Assembly: GCF_006345805.1 (NCBI RefSeq)
Contig: NC_043013.1
Location: 20,956,001 to 21,020,000 of the forward strand
DNA length: 64,000 bases
From: Octopus sinensis
Taxonomy: Eukaryota
Direction of reading: 5' to 3'
Shown here: positions 53,807 to 64,000 of the stretch, in pieces
Layout: every line of letters starts with the position of its first letter
Position numbering within the stretch: the stretch's first letter is position 1
Program-made: the position numbers and the translations under genes
The notes under the pieces: model-generated
Seen by the model: the letters and a program-made list of their open reading frames with translations, nothing else
What the model was told of the DNA's origin: nothing
The model's database searches: none

Positions 53807-55612
53807 ACTAAGGCGTAAAGATTTAAGATAGCTGATAACAGTAATGGAAATAGTGAAAGAAAATTGTAGTAACAGAATCGAGGTTTTTCGAGTATGATGC
53901 TGTTTTTTTTGGTTCTCGCTGTGTTGGAGAAATCAAATTCTAAACACGAAAGGAGCATGAATCAATCGGATTACTTTGATATACTAAACAAATTCTAAAG
54001 TCTCGATATAAATCAATAGTTCCTTGATCTACCACAATACTGTGCTTATTTTATTTCTGCAATCTGGGAATACACGTCTCAAGAATCACTATCAGATGCC
54101 ATGGAATATCTAAGCATTTATTTATTATCTAGTTACCAAAAAGTGTTAATTTTAAACATTTGCAGGTTTGCTAAATATGTATTAGTTAATTATCCGAGCA
54201 AACAATTCCTCAATAGAGAAACTTTGAAAAGATGCTTTAACATCATTAGTATGTGAATATAAAGGAATTTAATAATTTATACAACCTGTATAAAGTTTCA
54301 GATAATCTCATCTGATATTTTAGTTAAATTTTGACATTATTTTTCTGACAAAGAGATCCTCGAAATCATCGGGATCGGGTATTGATCGGGTAAAGTTTAG
54401 GGGAGCAAAAGTCAGTTTAAAGTAATGAACATCAGGTGAGATGGAGTATAGCATCAATGACATATAATCCATAAATGAGAGACAAGAACTTAATCTCAAT
54501 GGTAAGGCTGCAAGAGAAGATTTGAGACTTTGACAAAAAGAAAGACATCGTTGGAACCATCGAAACCAAAGCTTGCTCCAAGTCCTTGAAGTAGAAAATA
54601 CATCAAACATTTATAGAAGACTTATAAATAGGTCATGAAAAATTCTTTATTTAGTAATACAATAGAATCTGACGTAAGATTATAAAACTAACAATTTCAA
54701 CCACGGAATAAAATTCCCTTTCTCGCGGCATAAAGTTAAAGGTTTCTAGTGTCTTGATCGGAAAGTATAAAAATACTAGCTGATATTTTTATATTGTTCA
54801 ACACAAGTTCATCTATCATCAACTCCCAAATTTTACTCTTCTCTTTTCCTTCACGGCACATCAAATTTAAGAATACTAAATTAGATAGTGTTAAGTAGGC
54901 TGTACAAGGATGGAATGGGAGAGAGAGAGTGCAAAATTGAGTGGGAAAGAGAATGCTGTTAAAACTGCCGCTGTGGAGGTTGTTATTTGATGAATTTTAA
55001 AGATGCCATGCACTAAAGAATTCGTTTCCGCATGCAGCGTATAAGCTTCTGATGATGTAACAAGGAGATAAAGATAAAGTTGGCGGGTTAAAAACGGTAA
55101 ACGGATTGATATTGATTAGGAGGAAGATGAGGGAGTTCGGTGTTATAGGAATTGTTTGCAAAACATCAAAACGATAAACTTTCAAAACATCCTTTAACGT
55201 CATTAGTATGTGAATATAAAGGAATTTGATATTTTGTTTAAATTTTGACATTATTTTTCTGACAACGAGATCCTCGATATCATCGTGATCGGGCATTGGT
55301 TAAGAGGAAGACAAAGGAGTCCAGTGTTACAGGAATTGTTTGGTTAGAGGCTGATTGAAATAAATCTCCTTTTCTCTAATCCGTATTTCTGATTTGATCA
55401 CTATTCCTCTAAGTTATGTAGAAAAACATGACAGAAATGTCGAAATGATTCGGTTTCATCAATCACATGTACAGGTCAGCTTATCTATGAAACAGTCATA
55501 AATCTTGGTTGGGAGAACTTGTACAAAACTTTGGCATTGAAAGTTACAAAAACAGCAGAACAGGGCGGAATTTTCCAATTCTTCAAACTATATTCATACA
55601 TTTTTTTTTTTT

Positions 55613-55994
55613 GGAAGCACTCCGTCGGTTACGACAACGAGGGTTCCGGTTTATCCGATCAACGGAACAGCCTGCTCGTGAAATTAACGTGTAAGTGGCT
55701 GAGCACTTCACAGACACGTGCACCCTTAACGTAGTTCTCGGGGATATTCAGCGTGACACAGAGAGTGACAAGGCCGGCCCTTTGAAATACAGGTACAACA
55801 GAAACAGGAAGTAAGAGTGAGAGAAAGTTGTGGTGAAAGAGTACAGCAGGGATCACCACCATCCCTGCAGGAGCCTCGTGGAGCTTTAGGTGTTTTCGCT
55901 CAATAAACACTCACAACGCCCGGTCTGGGAATCGAAACCGCGATCCTACGACCGCGAGTCCGCTGCTCTAACCACTGGGCCAATGCGCCTCCAC
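55613..55994 (-). mobile_element. Young SINE family B with poly(A) tail and 10-bp TSD
   Basis: Poly-T 55601-55612; TSD ATTCATACAT at 55592-55601 and 55995-56004. Confidence 0.95.
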
Positions 55995-56329
55995 ATTCAT
56001 ACATATCCATGCAACTACTCTAGTATTAATCAAGATGTTAAGAAACTTAAAAATAGGCTCAGGAAAACTATTTCGTTCGCCCCTTCCTTTTCTCTTAATA
56101 TAAAAGACTAACATTGTGAGAAATATGTGAGGGAGAGGTGGCCGAGAAAAAGAAAAGTGTAAGAAAGTATGAGGGGGACTAAAAGATAGAGTAAAAAGAG
56201 TCGTACAAAATTTAGATACATTATCTACTATAAGGTGAGCACAAGTGTGTACGTACGCTGCTATGTATATATAAATAAAGAATGGACATATGTATATATG
56301 TATATATATATATATATATTATATATATA

Positions 56330-56372
<43 letters not shown>

Positions 56373-56690
56373 TGTATGTGGATTATATATATATATTATA
56401 TATATATATAATACATATACAATATATATATATATATATATATATAGATAGATAAGATATAGATATATATATATATACATACATATATCAAACTCCATTC
56501 TTCATCAAGTGCCACATATTAGAGGAGGCTCCTAGTAATAACAGTGTAGCGCAAAACGGCGGTGCTTCAGCATGGCCGCAGCTGAAACTTTAAAAAAATA
56601 TATATATATAGATTCACACACCATACACACACACACACATATATATATGTATATATATATATAATATATATCTATTATATATATATATAT

Positions 56691-56785
<95 letters not shown>

Positions 56786-56882
56786 CATAGATAGATAATA
56801 CTTTTAGCCACACACCAAAGGCACCTGTTTTTCTGCTCTTACAGCAATATACAATGTAAATTATACTTAAATTTTGCAATAA

Positions 56883-57280
56883 TAGGCGCAGGCGTGTCTG
56901 AGTGGTCAGAAACTTGTTTCTCAACCACATAGTTCCGGGTTCAGTCCAACTGCGTAGCACCTTGGCCAAGTGCCTTCTATTATAGCCTCGAGCCAACAAG
57001 AGCCTTCTGAGTGCATTTGGTGGACGAAAACTGAAAGAAGCCCATCATATATATATATGGTTCCGTGTATTTTTGTGTCGGCGTTTTTCCCCCATCATCG
57101 TTTGACATCTACTGTTGGTGCGTTTAAGTTCCTGTACCTTAGCGATTGGGCAAAAGAAAACAAAATACTAGGCTTAAAAAATAAGTCATGAGGTCGATTT
57201 GTTCGACTAAAACCCTTCAAGGCGATGATCCAGAATTGGCCGCAGTCAAATGACTGGAACAAGTAATAAAATAAAAGAAT
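56883..57280 (+). mobile_element. SINE family A
   Basis: Colinear similarity to family A. Confidence 0.87.
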
Positions 57281-57767
57281 ACAGAAATATTATTGTCATC
57301 TTACATTAAAAGTTTTAAATAATCTTTATTGAGTTAATAAACATATTTAATCATATACTAAACAAATAAAAAACAGATCGGCAAAACATATTTCATCGGA
57401 GATAAAATACGATTTTTTCATTCACACTTCTAATTTTTGAAACAGTTTTTGTTTTGTTTTAATCAATAATTTCGTAATATGAATTAATACTTTATGCAAA
57501 ATGTGTTTATTGTTTGACCTGTAACACCTAGCACACAGTTGACAAATGTATGTAAAATTAATTTTTCTTTCAGTTTTATATCACAAATTCAATTAGATTT
57601 ACGTGTAATTGAAGCATATATTACACAATTTTTTTTTTTTGATGTTGTGCATTTGACTTTCTCTTATAAGCTCGGACTGTTTGCCCGAAGTATAGCACCT
57701 AACAACAATCAACCAGCATACCACCTTTATAATTTACCTGCCATCGCGTTTTTACTGCATGAATATT

Positions 57768-57942
57768 CGTGGCTGTGTGATAAGAAGCTTCCTCCCAACC
57801 ACATGGTTCCGGATTCAGTTCCACTGCGTGGCACCTTAGGCAAGTGTCATCTACTATAGCCGCGGGCAGACCAAAGCCTTATGAGTGGATTTCGTAGAAG
57901 AAAACTGAAAGTAGCCCGTCGTATATGTATACACACACATAC

Positions 57943-58020
<78 letters not shown>

Positions 58021-58222
58021 GTGTGTGTGTGTCTGTGTGTGTCCCCTACCATCACTTGACAATGTTGGTGTGTTGACGTCCCCGTAACATAGCAGTTCGG
58101 CAAAAGAGACCGATAGAATAAGTACTAAGCTTACAACGAATAAATAATGGGATCGGTTTGTTCTGCTAAAGGCAGTGCCCTAGCATGACCACAGTGAAAT
58201 GACTGAAGCAAGTAAAGGAAAT
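57768..58222 (+). mobile_element. SINE family A
   Basis: Colinear similarity to family A, with internal (AT)n. Confidence 0.87.
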
Positions 58223-58244
58223 ATGAAATACAATCATCCTACCC

Positions 58245-59110
58245 CAACGTTTACGGCACCAAAGGTTTCGACAAAGAACTTTTGATTGAGATATGAGGAG
58301 TCTCTAGTATATTGATGGTTTGTTGAAATGCATTATCTTTGAAAGCCTCTGTGAACCGCGTTCCCACAAATATTTCCTTCCTTGGTGCCGTACTCATATT
58401 TTGTAATTCATTTAGAAATTTACTGAAATCGTTTTGAATCCATTTAGTCACAATATTAACAAATTTAACGTGGAGAGTTGGCAGACACTTATTATTAGGA
58501 TTAACTAAAGCTAGAGATTGAAGACGGCTCGTTCCTGGGAGATTTGTGATGAGCTCTGAATGATAGTTATTGTAAAGCATCTTGCGAGTGATACGACTGT
58601 AACGAGATAAGTCAAACGCTCTTTAATCAATAACTTTGTTTGGAAATTTTCTTCGGTAGAGCATTCAGGACCTCTTAAATATCCAGCACTTCTACCGACT
58701 GCACTTTCATCACTTTCCATTTCATTTTCTGTGTTAAGTAATGCTCCCCATTGTATAACGGGTTGGGTATTGTTTCATCATATTGAATTGCTCTGTGTTG
58801 TACAGCATACAGCTTTGGATATGCAATCGTTAGTACTCCGAAAAAAACAACCGATATCACGATTTGTTAGTTCTCTCCATACCAGGGCTAGGATAAAAGA
58901 TCATTTACAATCTCTCTTGTTAACTAATCATGTAATCCTCTTAAAAAGGGGAGCAAATTCAGCATGATATCTACAGTTTTTCTTACCTATTCCGCAACCA
59001 AAGCTTATTTCCATAAGTTCCTTTTGACAGATCATCATTTTCTGTGAGCTAAAAGTGTCAGAAAGATGGCAGATGATTTTACACGTATACATGGTAATGA
59101 TCGGCTTAAA
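58245..59110 (-). mobile_element. Chapaev3-type (CMC) DNA transposase relic, internally deleted
   Basis: SFGCGIG..FAP; LVWRELTN..CFF; CLPTLHVK; MSTAPRKEIFVG.. FKDNAFQQTI..E correspond to Chapaev3 motifs YFGC.IG, IWREP.NH..DCYFC, LPPLHIK, AKLKEGIFVG. Confidence 0.7.
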
Positions 59111-60883
59111 TAACCTGAAAATTATCAAAAAGGTTTCTAATATATTTATTGAATATGATTAATTACATTACAAAATCATACTATTGAAGAAGAAACTGAG
59201 CACAGTTATGAAATGGGAAGCAGAAATGATTTCTGGGCCATCTGAAATCATCTTTTGCTGATTTATGTAATCAAATAAACAGCTACTTCTAAATTATATA
59301 TTTAAACACGCAAACACATAAAAGCACAATCACATAATTATATTTATGCTTTTACACCTATATATAAGTAAATATATCAAATATATATATATACTGAATC
59401 ACGTTCTTGTAGTAGTCACAGACTACTAAGAAGAAGATTTTCGTGAAACTGAAATTAATAGTTAATCAGTTTTTGGTTTTATTCCATATGTCATGCAATC
59501 GCTAATCTGTTTAATTACTTTTGTCAAAATGACAAGTTATGGGATGGGCGATAAAAGATTTAATTACGCGGAGACTTATCAAGAACTGTGTTTGTTGTCT
59601 TTATTATTTGATTGTTTATATTTTGTTTTCCATTCCAATACAGTAAAAATTGCTTTAATTAAAAATATTGTATGAAGAAGGATTGCACCAAACGTAAAAA
59701 GTGTTTAAACGGAAAAAAATGTGTTTAATTAATTATTTAGAATAATTTCCTAATTGAAAAGGTTAGTAGAAATAATATATTTTTCAATGTAGCGAATATG
59801 TTTAGTTTTGACACAGGCACACACACACACATGCACATGTAGACACACACATACAGACGCACGCACGTGCAGATAATATACATGTTTGAGTGAGTGTGTA
59901 TGTCGTTAGATTGTTTGGGAATATTTGCGCCAGGTAAATTCATTTGCCTATTGCTCATAACCAGCCTTCACTGATATAAACCAAATCCTGTGCAAAGACG
60001 TTCGCTTCATTTTGACAGTGACAACAATCGCAACAATAAAATTATCGCAGCAGATAACAGGTTTATAATCAGTGGAATAGAAGGAGTAGAATGCCATATG
60101 AAATAACTCTGAGTGTCTACTTTCGAGCTTCAATGTCAAAATTTCGATTTTAGAATCGACCCCTTAAACAAAATAAGAAAAATTTATTTTTACAAAGAAT
60201 TAAATTTTTTTTATCCGAATACGTGAACAGAAGAGATTTCCACAATTGTTCTCCTTGGTTCGAAAACGAGTTCTAATTGAATCATTTATAATTACATTCA
60301 ATTAAGTTTTAAAATCATGATTGAAATATTTAACTTGTGAAAATTTGTATGATAACATTCAAATAAACAGGATTTTAATATATCACTTTTGAAAGCATGT
60401 AATGGATTCTATTAACTTATCGCTAAAGTGGTGTCCAAATTCACGTTCTGAATATATATCTAGAATTTATGCATAAAAAAACAATTAAGGATTCTAGCCA
60501 AAGAGTGGAAGTTTTTTTTTATTTAGCATCGTTGAATATACATGATTCTTCATGCTCCTACGGAGGGAAACATAGGAAGACACATTTCCAGCTTACGTCA
60601 CTGTGTTTTGTATTTTTCTCGTGTAATCAAAGTTATTCATTTTACCAGAAGCTGTTAGACACTTGCATTAAATGTGTTTCGTACTCGACACCACCACCTC
60701 TGTTATCTAATGTTATTTCATTTTAAAATGATACTGCCTTTATTTTTTATTTTTCTCATGTTTACTCTTAGCATGGGTTTCCAAAAATATCCGTTTCAAA
60801 ACTGCAAAGATATATTCTGATACCCTAATTATTTTACTACGTAGAGAGATGACTAGGCATGCATAACGATTTATTTATATGCA

Positions 60884-60917
<34 letters not shown>

Positions 60918-61019
60918 AAGTTCGGGCGCAGGTGTGTGTATGCAATCGGATTTACCTCGTTAGAAAGTTGTACCAAGATTGGAAATAATGGTATGTATAT
61001 TGAATTATTGTTGTTACAG

Positions 61020-61176
61020 GTGAGAAAAAAGTTACCCTAAGCAATCAGGGAAATGAAATTGCAGAAATCGCAAAAATGTTAAAGGAACCACTGCTGAAAG
61101 AATAAAACATAAGACATTCTCAGAGAAGCTCAGTATATCTAGGTATACCTATGCATATACCTATATACATGTATAC

Positions 61177-61260
<84 letters not shown>

Positions 61261-61400
61261 GTAGATGTATATGTATATATATATATATATATATATAAAA
61301 CAATTGAAGAAAGGAATGGTAAAAATACCGCTAGCTAAAATCAAAGCGGAAGCTTAAAAAAACCCACCTATGTTATGATAAATATACACACGAGCAATGC
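61020..61400 (+). mobile_element. Possible Tc1 transposase N-terminal relic split by (AT)n
   Basis: [12 protein letters not shown].. and ..[11 protein letters not shown]; weak. Confidence 0.3.
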
Positions 61401-61677
61401 AATTGAACATTTTTAAAAATAGGCTTACCTTCTGAATGGAATACGAAGATAATTAATACATATCCCAATATCAATTGATTTCATGCTCTGCATGTCAAAC
61501 CTGCTCTGCAATGATCAGTTGGAAATAGATTTTGACATCTATTTCCAAAATATTCACTACGTTAACTCGTCTGCCTTTCTAACTTTAAACGTCCCGCTCC
61601 GTTAAAAAAACAAAAACAACTATAGTGAACATAGTAAACAATAAGAATTTAAATATGTGAAGTATTATTCCCGTGAA

Positions 61678-62417
<740 letters not shown>

Positions 62418-63134
62418 ATAATAATAATAATAATGATAATGGAGAAGAGCATTGTCGCTGTTCATTTTTCTATCCTTTTCCCCCTTTATTTTCTTTGCTA
62501 TTTTCATTTTCTCATTTTTTCCCTTCTTTCCTCTGTCTTTCTTCTCCTTCTTTTTCCATCACATGACTTTTTAAATGAGCAATCTTGCGTGTTTTTTTTA
62601 ATAGCCTACCAATGTATACAGTGAGTTTGTTTGCCCTAGGTGTTGGGATGACACTCGGTAACAAATGGAAACAGAATTAAAAGAAGATAATAACAAACAA
62701 GGATGACGATAATGATGATGACTGTAGTGGTTGTGGTGGTGGTGGTGGTAGTGGTGGTAATAATAATAAAATCCCAGCATTTCAAAAAGAGACCTACAGA
62801 AATATTCCAACATGGATATTTATCTTCCTAGGGGCCATATTTGTTCTTATTAAAGCATGGAACGTTTCAACAGCAAATGGGAATACAAACAAACAAGACC
62901 ATCTGTTTGTACACTTTATAACGAGCAAACTAATACGCAAATACACGCATATGCTCGCACAGATATATGTATGCGTGGGTGTGCTATATATACGCAGTCA
63001 CACTCAAGCAAATTCGCACGTCTACACAATATTGTGTACCGCATAACTCGGTAGGTCTGACCAGTTTCTAGTTTTATAAGATGTTCGTCATTTTGTATCT
63101 GCACTCCCACACAAACACACAACCGTATCTGTGA

Positions 63135-63420
<286 letters not shown>

Positions 63421-64000
63421 AGAGAGAGGGGGGGAAGAGAGAGAGAGATGTTAAAAGGATATATAAGTATAGTCATTTCGGTGAGTTTTTCCTATGTGCA
63501 TAAGGCTGTGTTGTTTAAAGATATTGTCCATGTTTATAATATGTTCAACATACTACAATGCAGTTATTCACCGCCATAACCCAGACTACCACGCACTCCA
63601 CTACCAACACTAAACAGACACCGCAGCTCCAAAAATAATTCAATTAGTTTCTTTAATATTATAGATAGTCGCGCAGCAAGCATTAATAGTTAGTCAGGTG
63701 TCCAAATTATCACACATACACACACACACTATTACAACTATTTCTTTTGATTTAGCAAGTTCAACTAGTGATCGCCAGAGGCCTTTCTACCTTCTTTTAG
63801 CATCAACGTTTACAGTTTATATGTCTCATTAAGCAATTTCGTTGCAGTGTTTTTTATAGCTTGAGTTAATTACAAATTGGTAGGAAATAAGAACAAAAAA
63901 TAAACAGGTGTTTTCTGGTGGTGAAAGGTGGAATCTGTAAATTTAATTGAGGTCCGTCGCAGACGCTTGATGCCAAGTTGTTTTTTGACTGTTATTGTAT

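Noticed and set aside
53471-53958. 115-aa and 102-aa ORFs as genes
   Set aside because: Low-complexity A-rich content, non-ATG start for the first, no domain recognised.
61429-61505. Minus-strand exon ending AAG|GTAAGC
   Set aside because: Splice signals are plausible but isolated and of a frequency expected by chance.

Overview
AT-rich, microsatellite-saturated animal DNA, intronic or intergenic. The repeat content (several tRNA-derived SINE families, abundant (AT)n/(AGAT)n/(ATAC)n) resembles an octopus genome; this is an inference. I found no intact protein-coding gene; most ORFs in the supplied track are microsatellite or transposon read-throughs. Recognisable relics are a Penelope-like element, RTE, CR1, L2/CR1-group, CRE and R4/Dong non-LTR elements, mariner/Tc1 and Chapaev3 DNA transposons, MITEs and four SINE families. 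There is also one well-formed non-coding exon candidate and two tandem duplications that look like assembly artefacts. The most notable signal is a set of short (about 200-350 bp) non-coding elements, each embedded in microsatellites and each carrying a minimal type I hammerhead ribozyme (HHR) motif. One is intact (1988-2030) in the loop of a ~95-bp near-perfect foldback; seven others, from about five further families, are variant or degenerate. All assignments were made by eye from motifs; no database search was run.
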